Part shown: positions 27,816-46,637 of the stretch, piece by piece
How positions within the stretch are numbered: the stretch's first letter is position 1
Layout of the letters: each line of letters begins with the position of its first letter
Source: the human T2T-CHM13v2.0 reference genome, Homo sapiens
Assembly (NCBI RefSeq): GCF_009914755.1
Contig: NC_060937.1
Length of the DNA: 64,000 nucleotides
Direction: 5' to 3' (one strand)
Translations under genes and position numbers: made by a program
Notes under the pieces: model-generated
The model's database searches: none
What the model was told of the DNA's origin: nothing
The model's input: only the letters and a program-made list of their open reading frames with translations

Positions 27816-29218
27816 CTGGTATTTCACTATTAAAAAATAACACAAAGAAGAAGCTTACTAAGTACCAAAAAAGCTTTGTTAAAAAAAAGACTATGAAATC
27901 TGAGCAGTGTTTCAATATATTTATACTTTTTTAACCTATTACTTATAGGTTATATATGTGTTTGATTTATTACACTAAACTCATCACAAAGAAAATACCC
28001 TTCTTGTAATATAGCAAAGCTGTGTATACATACCAGGACTAAACTTAAATTTGTCTTTATTTTTTACAGCTGTACTGCGTCATGTCATAGTAATCACAAC
28101 TCTTGGGTAACTAGTCAAATTGCTCAGGAAGCCAGATGTAATACCTTTTGCAGACATTTATTGGTAAATCTAACTTTAAAACCTCTAAAGTAAGATCGGG
28201 CTACTACTGCATTCCAGATACTAAATGTCACTGGAACATGAAGACATTCTCATTTCCAAAAGAACATGCTAACTTCTTTGGTTGAGCTTTCTAACACTTT
28301 GTATGTGTATCATTTATTCATTACATACGTACTCCACAGGTAGCAAAGTTTAGTTTTTAGCCAATAAAAATCTTTTATTTGCTTTATATTCTCTAGTACG
28401 AGACCATATGAAAATTTTTTACTAATTTTCTGTAAGTTTACTTTTGTCTTGTTCCATTGATTTCGTACAGAAATACAAAATATGAATTATCTGACTGCAC
28501 ATAAATCCCCAAAACAGAATCATCAACACAGTGGCTCTCAAGGAACATAGATGAAATTAAAAACAATTTTATGAGTAATTGCTAGGTGATTACAACTAGT
28601 CCTAAAGCTCTTTGTTAAATTAAATTACCTGAATTAGAAGATCCAGAAACTTGCTCTCATTCAGTACTTTTGAGAAAGTGTTGATGTTCTTAATTCTGAT
28701 ATAATTAACAATACCACCACTGGAATATGCTGCCTTGGTTGAATATATATGGTAGGGAAACTATCTTATAAATTAGCAGACATTGAACTCAATGAACTTT
28801 ATGCAAATGTGATTTCTGAAAAGATAAATGTATGTGTAAATTTTGTAATCACACATTTAGAGATTTGTTTTTACTTCATTTACTTTTAGCTGGTGAAAGG
28901 GGGAGTAAGTAAAATATAATTGAAATCTAAAGATTCTTTTCAAAGGTGTTGTATACTACAGAGATGTATACACATACCATATATGTATTTACAAACCTAG
29001 CAATAGGATAAAGTACTGACTGGAGGAGGGAACAGTTAAAAACAAAACAGTCCTTTTGTGAGATCTCAAAGATTTTAAAATAAGCATCCCACAAATCTCA
29101 AATATAAACTCAAACCTCTGCTCCTTTTGATTCTACTGAAATAGTCTAGTTTAGGAGAGTTCTAATTTGCTTCTATCTTAGTGAAATTACAGGATTAAAA
29201 TTAGAAAAGTGTTTCTAG

Positions 29219-29389
<171 letters not shown>

Positions 29390-29778
29390 TAAAAAGGAAA
29401 TACGGTACAGCTATGATGTGTTAAAAAGAAGCCTGTACTATCCTGTGAAAAACTCAAAGAACTAAAGGTTTTCTTTTGAGTGAGTGTAAATTGCCTACAC
29501 AAAAGGGCACACAAAAGGGCACATAATTAAATTTGATCTTTAAGATCTCCCCAAATTAGAACATTTCAAAATGAATTATCAACTGTATACACACACACAA
29601 ACACAAACACACACATCACATCACACATAAAAAATGTGGAGCGTAGAGAGAAAAAACATGAATAGTATTCATATGTAAGAAGAAGAATTTTATAAATGGT
29701 ATTATTTTCCTTAAAATGTTTTCTATTTTACAAGTTTTACAATAATCTTATTGCTTTTCTAATTAATTACAAAATTAG

Positions 29779-30115
<337 letters not shown>

Positions 30116-30598
30116 GCAAATTTAGATCTTTAAGTGTAGACAGATAAAAATAAATACAGTATGGCCAAGAAAGGACAAATTGGGACAAGATACATAAACA
30201 CTTCTCTTTAGGAACCACTGGTCAAGTACATTGAGAAATCACAGAAAGAATAAATGTCATTAATTTTACTATGGAGGATAACTGAGTGGCAACCACATTA
30301 ACCTAGTTGACACTGCATAATGATAATTACCTTTCCTTCTAAAAGATTCACATCAATTTTAAACTTATAAGAAATTACTCATTTTTCTATTTATTTTTAT
30401 TATACTTTAAGTTCTAGGGTACATGCGCACAATGTGCAGGTTACACATGTATACATGTGCCATGTTGGTGTGCTGCACCCATTAACTCGTCATTTACATT
30501 AGGTGTATCTCCTAATGCTATCCCTCCCCCCTCCCCCCATCCAACCACAGGCCCCAGTGTGTGATGTTCCCCTTCCTGTGTTCAAGTGTTCTCATTGT

Positions 30599-34394
<3,796 letters not shown>

Positions 34395-34460
34395 TATGAT
34401 GTTAGCTGGTTAGTTTGCTCATTAGTTGATGCAGTTTCTTCCTAGCATTGATGGTCTTTA

Positions 34461-35469
34461 CTATTTGGCATGTTTTTGCAGTGGCTGGTACCTGTTGTTG
34501 CTTTCCATGTTTAGTGCTTCCTTCAGGAGCTCTTTTAGGGCAGGCCTGGTGGTGACAAAATCTCTCAGCATTTGCTTGTTTGTAAAGGATTTTATTTCTT
34601 CTTCACTTACGAAGCTTAGTTTGGCTGGATATGAAATTCTGGGTTGAAAATTCTTTTCTTTAAGAATGTTGAATATTGGCCCCCACTCTCTTCTGGCTTG
34701 TAGAGTTTCTGCCAAGAGATCAGCTGTTAGTCTGATGGGCTTCCCTTTGTGGGTAACCCGACCTTTCTCTCTGGCTGCCCTTAACATTTTTTCCTTCATT
34801 TCAACTTGGTGAATCTGATAATTATGTGTCTTGGAGTTGCCCTTCTCGAGGAGTATCTTTGTGGCATCCTCTGTATTTCCTGAATTTGAATGTTGGCCTG
34901 CATTGCTAGGTTGGGGAAGTTCTCCTGGATAATATTCTGCAGAGTGTTTTCCAACTTGGTTCCATTCTCCCCATCACTTTCAGGTACACCAATCAGATGT
35001 AGATTTGGTCTATTCACATAGTCCCGTATTTCTTGGAGGCTTTGTTCGTTTTTTACTCTTTTTTCTCTAAACTTCTCTTCCCCCTTCATTTCATTCATTT
35101 GATCTTCAATCACTGACACCCTTTCTTCCAGCTGATCGAATCGGCTACTGAGGCTTGTGCATTTGTCACGTAGTTCTCATGCCATGGTTTTCAGCTCCAT
35201 CAGGTCATTTAAGGACTTCTCTACACTGGTTATTCTAGTTAGCCATTCGTCTAATCTTTTTTCAAGGTTTTTAGCTTCTCTGCAATGGGTTCAAACTTCC
35301 TCCTTTAGCTCGGAGAAGTCTGATCATCTGAAGCCTTCTTCTCTCAACTCGTCAAAGTCATTCTCCGTCCAGCTTTGTTCCCTTGCTGGCGAGGAGCTGC
35401 ATTGTTTGGAGGGAAACAGGCGCTCTGATTTTTAGAATTTTCGGCTTTTCTGCTCTGTTTTTTCCCCAT
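34461..35469 (-). pseudogene. L1 ORF1 remnant (frameshifted)
   Basis: Starts ATGGGGAAAAAACAG at 35469. Track fragments ...RPNLHLIGVPE... and ...RISYPAKLSF...QKHAK lie in different frames. Confidence 0.9.
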
Positions 35470-36058
35470 TTTTGTGGTTTTATCTACCTTTGGTCTTTGA
35501 CGATGGTGACGTACAGATGGGGTTTTGGTGTGGATGTCCTTTCTGTTTGTTAGTTTTCCTTCTAAGAGTCAGGACCCTCAGCGGAAGGTCTGTTGTAGTT
35601 TGCTGGAGGTCCACTCCAGACCCTGTTTGCCTGGGTATCAGCAGCGGAGGCTGCAGAACAGCGAATATTGCTCAAAAGCAAATGTTGCTGCCTGATCGTT
35701 CCTCTGGAAGCTTCGTCTCAGAGGGGTACCTGGCCCTGTGAGGTGTCAGTCTGCCCCTACTAGGGGGTGCCTCCCAGTAGGGTGCCTCCCAGTAGGCTAC
35801 TAGGGGGTCAGGGACCCACTTGAGGAGGCAGTCTGTCCATTCTCAGATCTGAAACTCCGTGCTGGGAGAACCACTACTCTCTTCAAAGCTGTCAGACAGG
35901 GACATTTAAGTCTGCAGAGGTTTCTGCTGCCTTTTGTTCGGCTGTGCCCTGCCCCCAGAGGTAGAGTCTACAGAGGCAGGCAGGCCTCCCTGAGCTGTGG
36001 TGGGCTCCAGCCAGTTCAAGCTTCTAGGCCGCTTTGTTTACCTACTCAAGCCTCAGCA

Positions 36059-36322
36059 ATGGCGGGCGCCCCTCCCCCAGCCTCGCTGCTGCCTTGCAGT
36101 TCAATCTCAGACTGCTGTGCTAGCAATGAGCAAGGCTCCGTGGGCGTGGGACCCTCCAAGCCAGGCGCGGGATATAATCTTCTGGTGTTCCGTTTGCTAA
36201 GACCGTTGGAAAAACACAGTATTAGGGTGGGAGTGACCCAATTTCCCAGGTGCCATCTGTCACAGCTTCCCTTGGCTAGGAAAGGGAATTCCTTGACCCC
36301 TTGCACTTCCCGGGTGAGGTGA
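36059..36322 (+). CDS. L1 antisense ORF0 homolog, open for 87 aa
   Basis: MAGAPPPASLLPCSSISDCCASN... matches the primate L1 ORF0 N-terminus and lies antisense within the L1 5' UTR. Expression is unknown. Confidence 0.6.
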   Translation: MAGAPPPASLLPCSSISDCCASNEQGSVGVGPSKPGAGYNLLVFRLLRPLEKHSIRVGVTQFPRCHLSQLPLARKGNSLTPCTSRVR

Positions 36323-37950
36323 TGCCTCGCCCTGCTTCGGCTCACGCTCGGTGGGCTGCACCCATTGTCCTGCACCCACTATATGACAAGCCCCAGTGAG
36401 ATGAACCCAGTACCTCAGTTGGAAATGCAGAAATCACCCATCTTCTGCGTCGCTCAGGCTGGGAGCTGTAGACTGGTGCTGTTCCTATTCGGCCATCTTG
36501 GAACCACCCCCTACTCATATTATTTTTAATTAAATTATTTTCTTAAAATGTTAAGAATGGTCAATTTGGGAAAGTTACTCTTCTAGCTTAAATTAATCAT
36601 CTAATATGTGACCACACATATACTATGTTTTCAAACAGAGCGAAAGTGGATATACCATTGCTCTTTTCTTTGTAATAATCTGATGTGCCTATTCTGGAAA
36701 ACCTCCCTTTTGCACTTGTGATTATTTTTGGTGTGCTTCTCAGGTAATTATAAGTTATATAAGTTATTCAAGTCACCTGGGGAACAAAAAAAGGGTTTTA
36801 CAGTTTCAGAGTAGACTGCTATCCCTTTTGTCCATCCTGGGATAGCCACTTGAACTACTCAAGGGAGACTTCAGCTGTCCATCTAGTGGTTCTAATTGAG
36901 AAATGAGATATGTAAGCATTTCTTCCAGAAATGACTCATGTGTTGCCATAATTTGAAAAGCAAAAATATAATAACAGGCTTACATCTGCAATCTGCAGTA
37001 CATACAACTTATCAATGAACCCAGAATAAAGGTATTTAGGGAAAAAGTTTTCCCAGCTTTTGATTTTTCTTGGCTGCCTGTTCGAAGTCCCAAAGGAGTA
37101 AGGTAGACAGTACTTTGGGGAATGAAAAAGCCATTTGCTTCCCTCCTATGACAGCTGGGAATCTAATTTCCCAATTTTTTAGTAAAACTCCTTCTCTGGG
37201 TACAAAGAATTTAACAAGAAACAACATCTCTTTGCAATCTCTGCATCAAAGCATGAACTAGATGACTGCTACTGAACCAACAGCCCTACTATTCTGTAAT
37301 AGAAATATTCACCTTTGTAAGATTAAAAAGGAATAATTTCAGAGCAAAAAGCAAGTACTATTAATGCCTGTCCTGATTATATGCAGTAGCAAAGCAAAGG
37401 TATTTTGACAATTAGAAAGTGTTTGGAAAATATAGATACAGGCACAAGAATGGAAAAAATGACTTTCAAAAAAATGCACATACTGAATCCTTCTATGCCT
37501 AGCATATCAGTATGGAAGAAAACTACAAGAATTATATTAAAAACACTCTTGACCACATTGAAATACTTGATAATATATTGAGACCCATATAGCTTTCACC
37601 AAATTATACAATATTCCTCACCTCCTTGCTGTATCTGCTGTTGTTGACAAATCTGCCTCCTTGAGTTTCTCCCTATATGCCTTAAATGACAATCCAGCAT
37701 TTTTTTTTTCTTTTTTCCTATAACTCTGTTCCTTTTCTCACGTTCATAATTCCCTTTTTCCCAAATAGAGGGGTTGTGCCTTCAGGGTATCCTCCCTCCC
37801 TCCCTTGGTGACTCATCTAATCTCATATTGATATTTTTTCAACTGAATGCTCACAAAAATTTATACTTTTTAGACTTCTCTTCTTTCCTGATGAGTAATT
37901 TCACACTCTTACAGAAGTTAAGGAGAGGTAAAATGACTCACAGATTCCTA

Positions 37951-38284
<334 letters not shown>

Positions 38285-38555
38285 GATAATTCTACAAGCT
38301 TGATTATATGTCTTTCTATATGATAGTTGACTAAAATCAGAAAAGTTAAAAGAAAGGCTGATGACAGCTTACTTAATGATAGAAAAAAAAACGCTGACAT
38401 TAAGAGAAGAAAAAAACTAAAAAATCACAAAAAGTAAAACAAAAAGCTTAGCAGTCTGGGACCACTTGGAATACAAGTCAAAAACAAACAAACAAAAAAA
38501 CAAAAAAAGTCAAAGATCTTTTTAGTCCACTGAAAGTATTATATAAACCATACAA

Positions 38556-38762
38556 GTGCACTGTCCAATAATAGTAGCCACTAGATACACATAGATATTT
38601 TCATTAAAATTAAACATAAGTAAAAATTCGCTTCCTCAAACACTAGCCATGAAGAAAGTGCCCAATAGACACAAGTAGCCCAGCACGTGGCTACCTTACT
38701 AGACGACACAATAAAGAACATTTCCATGATTGTGCTAAGTTCTATCAGACACCTGCAGTGCT
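38556..38762. mobile_element. MER3-like hAT MITE
   Basis: GTGCACTGTCCAATAATAGTAGCCACTAG...GTGGCTACC...AGAACATTTCCAT...AAGTTCTAT. Confidence 0.65.
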
Positions 38763-38959
38763 AATTCAACATTCATTGAGTTTTCCTTATTTAGTAGGCA
38801 CTGTGCTAGACACAGCAGTTTAGAAAGATGAGGCCTCTCTGCCCTCAGAGTAAGTACATAGTCTGTTTAGTGGGAGAAACACATAAAAACACTTACAATT
38901 GCTAGAGTACAGGTAATGAAATTTATGAAAGAGCAACTAATTCTGTGGCCTAGCTCTGA

Positions 38960-39199
<240 letters not shown>

Positions 39200-40199
39200 T
39201 AATTTCTATAATTTACCTTCTCTGTAGACTTAGCCTTGTTCATCTAGCAGTAGACTGTATAACAAATAATGCTGAGACTCACTACTACTTAGAAATCCCC
39301 GGGCCATCAGAACCAGAAGTACTGATGCCTGCATAGTTAATTTAAGTTAGCACTGTTCCTCTGGAGTCTACGCTTTACATTGCTGGCAATCCGTGATGGA
39401 AGCAGCTATCCTGCCACTCTGGCTACTTTTCCTTGGTCCCTCCCAGAAGTCAGCTTTGTGCCAACTGTCATTTTTAATTTGGATTTCCCAGCATGTTCTA
39501 TACTTACAGTGTCTAGCTGCCTGACAAAGTTATAAAACATTACCAAGGAATTAGCACTGCAGTTGAGGACAAGTTTCAGGTGCAAATGGAGCAAGATAAA
39601 GAGAAGTCAAGGTCCACTTTAAGCAGAAAGTGAAGGCTCTGCAAAGGATGAGAGAGAAGCACAGGAGTTAAAAGAAAGATTATGGACAAGCAGGGGTTCA
39701 TTACAACTCAAACACAGGGTACATACAAGGGGCCAACAGGAGATGAGGCTGGAATGCGGCCCAACTGCCAAGACAAGAGCATTAATGCTGTCATGGTAAG
39801 AAGGTTGGCCTGGATTAGCATGTGAGTGATAGCCAGCCATTAGTAGGTAGTACAGTCAGACACTGAGATCTGTATTTTCCATAGACAAATCTGGGAAAAC
39901 GGTGGAAGGCGGACCGCAGTGGATGACTAAAATAAAAAGACGTCTGGATGGAGATCGGGTTAAAAAGTAGTGGAGATAAAAGAGGAAATTGATTTGAAAC
40001 ATATTAGAGAAAAATGATTGGCTTTATTGATGGGATCTATCTAGGACACTGGCACCCAAAAATGTTTGCTGCCCAAATTAGTGAGGAAAATAATGAGACC
40101 ACTTAGATCACACAGGACAGAAAACAAATACCACAAGAAACATAAAAATTTGAGAACATGGCAGAAGACACACTGTGAGATTTAAAAAGAACAAAGACT

Positions 40200-40583
40200 C
40201 CAATGAGGCAATATTCCCTCTGCCTACAATATAATTCCCTAAGATAGCTGCATGGCTTGCTCCCCACCTCCTTTAGACTCCTGCATAAATGTCAACATCT
40301 CTGTGAGCCCTTCCCTGATCCCACTATTTAAAACTGAACACAGACATACTCAGCACTCCCAACCCCCTTTACTGCTTTATTTTTCTCTGTAATACTTACC
40401 ACCATCTAATATACAATATATTTCACTTATTTTGTTCAATGTCTGTATCTTTACTATTTAAATGTAAACTCTATTAGGAGAAGGATTTGTTTGCTTCATT
40501 CACCACTATACACCAGCACCTAAAAAAGCATCTGACACATAGGAGGTACTCAACAAGTACTTATTGACTGTCTGAATAAATAA
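40200..40583 (+). mobile_element. L2 3' end
   Basis: CTGACACATAGGAGGTACTCAACAAGTACTTATTGACTGTCTGAATAAAT. Confidence 0.7.
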
Positions 40584-40584
40584 C

Positions 40585-40871
40585 GCAGTGGCTCACGCCT
40601 GTAATCTCAGCACTTTGGGAGGCCGCAGCGGGCAGATCACGAGGTCAAGAGTTCGAGACCAGCCTGGCCAACATGGTGAAACCCCGTCTGTACTAAGACT
40701 ACAAAAATTAGCCAGGCACAGGTGGCGCGTGCCTGTAATCCCAGCTACTCAGGAGGCTGAGGCAGGAGAATCACTTGAACCCAGGAGCTTCCAGTGAGCT
40801 GAGATCGCGCCACAGTGCACTCCAGCCTGGGTGACAGAGCAAGACTCTGTCTCAAGAAAAAAAAAAAAAAA
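40585..40871 (+). mobile_element. AluS (Sg/Sc-like)
   Basis: GATCACGAGGTCAAGAG. Inserted at the tail of an L2. Confidence 0.92.
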
Positions 40872-41745
40872 GGAGTAAGAAGAACAGAATGAATACATGT
40901 AGACTAGTATGTAATCATAAAAATGATACCTAACATGAAAAATCTGTTGATCTTTTTGGATGCTCAAATGAAAAAATATGGATAACTAAATAGTTCTTTA
41001 AATATAAAAGGCTCAAAAATGTTTTCTTCATATATGACATAATATATTCAAATATATATAATTATAATACAGTCTTTCTCTTTACAGTCACAAAATAATG
41101 AGAAAGATTTTATAGCTGGAAAAATCACTCACAATAATTGATAGCCACATAGCAAATCCACCACTTAAAGTACTTAAGTCCTATTAAAGACACCAAACTT
41201 CAGTTAATGCTTTCTCAAAACTTCCATTCAAATTTCAAATTTATTTTCTGACATTTTGGCTTAATGATAAAAAAATGTTAAAATTCACATTTAAATTATT
41301 AAATTACATGCTAATTTAAAATGTTAAAAATTAAATGTTAAGCAAAGGCAAGAAGCTGAGGTTGAAATATCAGAGTATTAGTATAACTGTAACCACTGGC
41401 TTTAAAATATAGTAAAGAGGATATGACAAAGTGAAGAATGGTCAAAAAGTTAGAAAAGTAAAAACTCCAAGAACACAAAAAAGGCTACTTAGCTAGCTGG
41501 CTTCAGGAAAATAATCAAACATTACTAAGCTTCACTTTCTCTATCAATGAAATGAAGTTAATAGTAGCACCTACCTACCTGACAGGATTGTTTTGAGAGT
41601 TTTCCGATGGATTAAATTTGTTTCAAGTAATAAGCTTGGCACAGTGTCTGTAAGCGATCATCTTACTCCTTTAATCCACAAACATTTATGAAAAATCTAC
41701 TATACAAAAGGCACTATACTAAGTACTGGTCATGGCAGCAAATAA

Positions 41746-41746
<1 letters not shown>

Positions 41747-41777
<31 letters not shown>

Positions 41778-41788
41778 AATATATATAA

Positions 41789-41846
<58 letters not shown>
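41747..41846. repeat. (TA)n microsatellite, ~100 bp
   Basis: Interrupted TATATATAAA units followed by about 24 pure TA units. Confidence 0.95.
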
Positions 41847-41849
<3 letters not shown>

Positions 41850-42114
41850 CACCCTCCTGGAATCTATGGCCTACTGGGGAGGACAAATAACTGAATTACA
41901 AAGTGTGATACATGCTCCAGAAGAAATCAATATGGTCTTGCAACAGAAACCAAGGGAGTAAAGGCTCTCAACTTTAGATGTCAGGAAAAGCTTCTCTGAA
42001 GAAAGAAAAACTACCCATGCAGATGCAGAGAGGGTATAGAAGTATACTGATGAGCATCCTAAGCAAAGACTCTGTGATGCAGAGAGGGTATAGAAGTATG
42101 CTGATAAATATCCA

Positions 42115-42533
<419 letters not shown>

Positions 42534-43004
42534 TTAAAGCATAGCAAATCAAATGAGATGACATAGTCATGTTAGACAGGAGCTAGATCATGCAGGACCC
42601 TGAAGGCCCAAGGAAAGGATTTGTAATTTTATTCTATGGAAATTTATTCTTCAATGGAAAACACTCAAGGTATTTTTGGAAAAGGTACTACAGGGAATGT
42701 GAATCAAAGTAGAAGGATTAGTTCCAAGATTAATACAATAGTCCAGGAGAGAGAGGGTACTTGAACTAGGTTGGTAGCATGATGAAGAGAAGTAGATGGA
42801 TTCTAGATATACTTTGAAAGTGACTGAATATAAAGAATGAGGAAAAGAGAGGAATCAAGGATGGCTCCAAGAGACGTCTGACTTAAGCAACTGCTTGGCT
42901 GATGGTGCCATGGTAAGTAACATAGTAATTAGTTTTAGCAGTTCTTAGCAACTAGAAGGATAAAAGAGAGAGAGGACTGCCAATTCTACAGCACAAAACA
43001 GCAA

Positions 43005-43049
43005 AAATAAATAAATAAACAAATAAATAAATAAATAAATAAAATAAAA
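43005..43049. repeat. (AAAT)n
   Basis: Tetranucleotide run. Confidence 0.85.
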
Positions 43050-44251
43050 CCAGGGTACGAAAAGAAAAGGCAATTAGGCTACCTATGAGAGAACAGCAAT
43101 ATCAGACCAAATTTCCCATGGAAAACAACTATAAAAGTGATATAAAATGCCCCTAAATCCCCAGCTATTTGAAGGTTTCCGGAGAACAACCAAGGGTCAG
43201 GACTTGAGGAGCCAAGATCCCTTAGAGAAGGGAAACACTTTGAAGATCTCCCTTCAATTCCCCCTTGAGGTATTTGCCAATTACCAGTACAGAGCAAAAG
43301 GCCAAGCAGAAAGCAGCATCCCAGAACTTGTATGAATCTCACTGGGCTGGGAAGACACAAAAAGTGGATGTTGTACCACCAAAGGGCCAGGAATTGAGGA
43401 TCTCAGGAAAATAAAAAGGAACCTCAAAGAAAGGGGCCCAATATTCTGTTCAACTTTTCCTCTCCAGGAATGTGCTGAATTGTAAACAGCATGGACTGAA
43501 ATTCAGAAAATCCCAACAAAAAGATGTTGAAAAGAGGTTTTAAAAATAGCTTTCATCAGCCTCATGATACCTGAAATTCAGGACTTGCCAAGGAAGAGGT
43601 ATCTTGGTAAACATGGCAAACTTTCAACTGAGACCTTAGCTAAGGGCTATACACCAGTAGTCCACCAATAGTGAGGCTATCAGAATTTCCTGACTGCCCT
43701 GAATTCAGGCTCATGTCTTATCAGTCACTTACGAATCAAAGTAATCAATGTTTTTCTAACTACTCACCAGAGGATATTAAATCCTATACGGAGAAACATA
43801 ACCATAATTCAGATTCTCTATAATTTTTCATCACAATGTTAATAAAACATTGCCAGGCACCCAAGGAAAAAGGATCAAATAATCAAAAACAAAACAACAG
43901 AAACAGGCTCACAGACAATCTAGGTATGACGGTCATCAGACAGGAATTTTGCAACAGTAGTTAATATACTCAAGAAAACAGATGAAAACATAAGAATTTG
44001 AATCTATGTAAATTTTAGGATAAAAAATACAAAAACTAAAATTAAAAACTCAATAATTAGAAATAACTGGATACTGGACAGTGAAAATACAAGTGAACAT
44101 GAAGATAGGTTGCTAGAAAATCTCTAGGCTTACGAGAAGGGGAAAAAAGAATGGAAACAGTGACATGACCTAACATACACGTAATTGTAGTCCCATAAGG
44201 AAAGAAGACAATTGAATAGAAATAATACTTAAAGAATATTAGCTAATTCCC

Positions 44252-44606
44252 GGGCCAGGTGCCTATAATCCCAACACTTTGTAATCATGCCTGTAATCAT
44301 GCCTGTAATCCCAACACTTTGTAATCATGCTTGTAATCCCAACATTTTGGGAGGCTGAGGCAGGCGGATCACTTGAGGCCAGGAGTTTGAGAACAGCCTG
44401 GCCAATACGGCAAAACCACGTCTCTATGAAAAATACAAAAATTAGCCGGGCGTGGTGATATGCGCCTGTAATCCCAGCTACTAGGGAGGCTGAGGCACTA
44501 GAATCACTTGAACCCAGGAGGCGGAGGTTGCAGGGAACTGAAATTGCACCACTGCACACCAGCAAGACTCTGTCTCAATAATAATAATAATAATAATAAT
44601 AATAAT
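44252..44606 (+). mobile_element. AluS with a tandemly duplicated 5' segment and an (AAT)n tail
   Basis: TSD TTAGCTAATTCCC (44239-44251, 44608-44620). Confidence 0.92.
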
Positions 44607-46131
44607 TTTAGCTAATTCCCAAATGACAAAAGATAGTAAGCCAAAGATTGACTCAGGACCTCAAGATACTCTACAAGCTTTATGTAGATTACAAAAAAAA
44701 AAGCTACACAAGAGCACATCAATAGTAAAATTGGTGAAAACCAAAGACAAGATATAATCTTTAAAACAGCCAAAGGAAAACACATTAACTTCAAAGGAGT
44801 AACAATAAAATCAAAAGCCTGAGTTAACATAAACAGTGGCAGCCAGGTGATGATAAAATAACATCTTGAAGGTGCATAAAGTAGGGACCCTTTAAAAGTG
44901 AAGGTAAAATGAACACATTTTCAGGCAAACCAAAACAGGGAATTCATTACCAGAAGACCTGCACTAAAAGTTCCTTGGATAAAACGATAATTACCCAGAT
45001 GCACATACAATCAAAAAGAAAGAAATGAAGACCTCCAGAAAGGTAAATTTGAGGACAAAGTGAAATGAGCAATGATTATTTTAACAACAACATTACTCTT
45101 ATTACCACTGTTATAATTACTTTAACAATAATAATAATGACATCTTTGGGGTTGAAAACAAAGCAAAGACTGGAAGAGGGGTAAATGGAATTAAATTAAA
45201 AGGCCATTCCATTACCCTGAAGTGGCAAAGGCAAAAATTTATGACAGACAAAAAAGTTAAAGATGAACATTGTAATCTCTATGCTAACCAGTAAAGATAG
45301 TAAAAGAATTTATAACAGAGAAGCTGAGAGAAAGGTATATGGGAAACTGTTTGATTAATCCAAAAGAAAACAAAATGGAAGGGAAAGTTATAAAGGACTT
45401 AATGATGGAAGTAAAATACAAATTGCAAAATTGTAAATTCAAACCCAAATAATGTGGTACAGTAATTACATTAAAGGTAAACCAGAGATTATCAAACTTA
45501 GTAAAAAAGCAAAAACCCAACTATATGATGCTTAAAGAGATTCATCTTACGTATAAGGACGAAGAGAGATTTAAAGGAAATGGATAGAAAAAAAAAGAAT
45601 GCTATATTAACATCCCCTCTGGAAAAAAACTTTAAAGCAAAAAATGTTACTAGACAGGAAGACAGAACAATCATAAATTTATTTGTAGCTAATAACTTAG
45701 CCTCCAAATATGAGGCACAATTTGAGAGAACTAAAAACATACAGACAAATCCTCACATATTTGGCAATGTTAACACAAGTTTCTCAATTGAGTGATTTAA
45801 AAAAGACAAAAAAAGTCAAGTGTGATACAACAGATTGAACATGATTAATAAATTTAATTGCTATATATGGCACACTGTCAATTTTCTAAAACTGACCATA
45901 AAGCAAGTGTCAACAAATTACCCACAAGTGAAATCATAGAATGATTCCAGACCACAACAGACACCAAACTAGAAATCAGTAACAAAAATATAGCTAGAAA
46001 ATCCCCAAATGCTGAGAGCACAAGGGAAGTTTTAAAATATGCTTTATTGAATGATAATAAAAATAATATACAACAAACTTGTAAGATCCATCTAAGTTGC
46101 ATTTAGAGGGAATTTCATATACATTTTTTAA

Positions 46132-46637
<506 letters not shown>

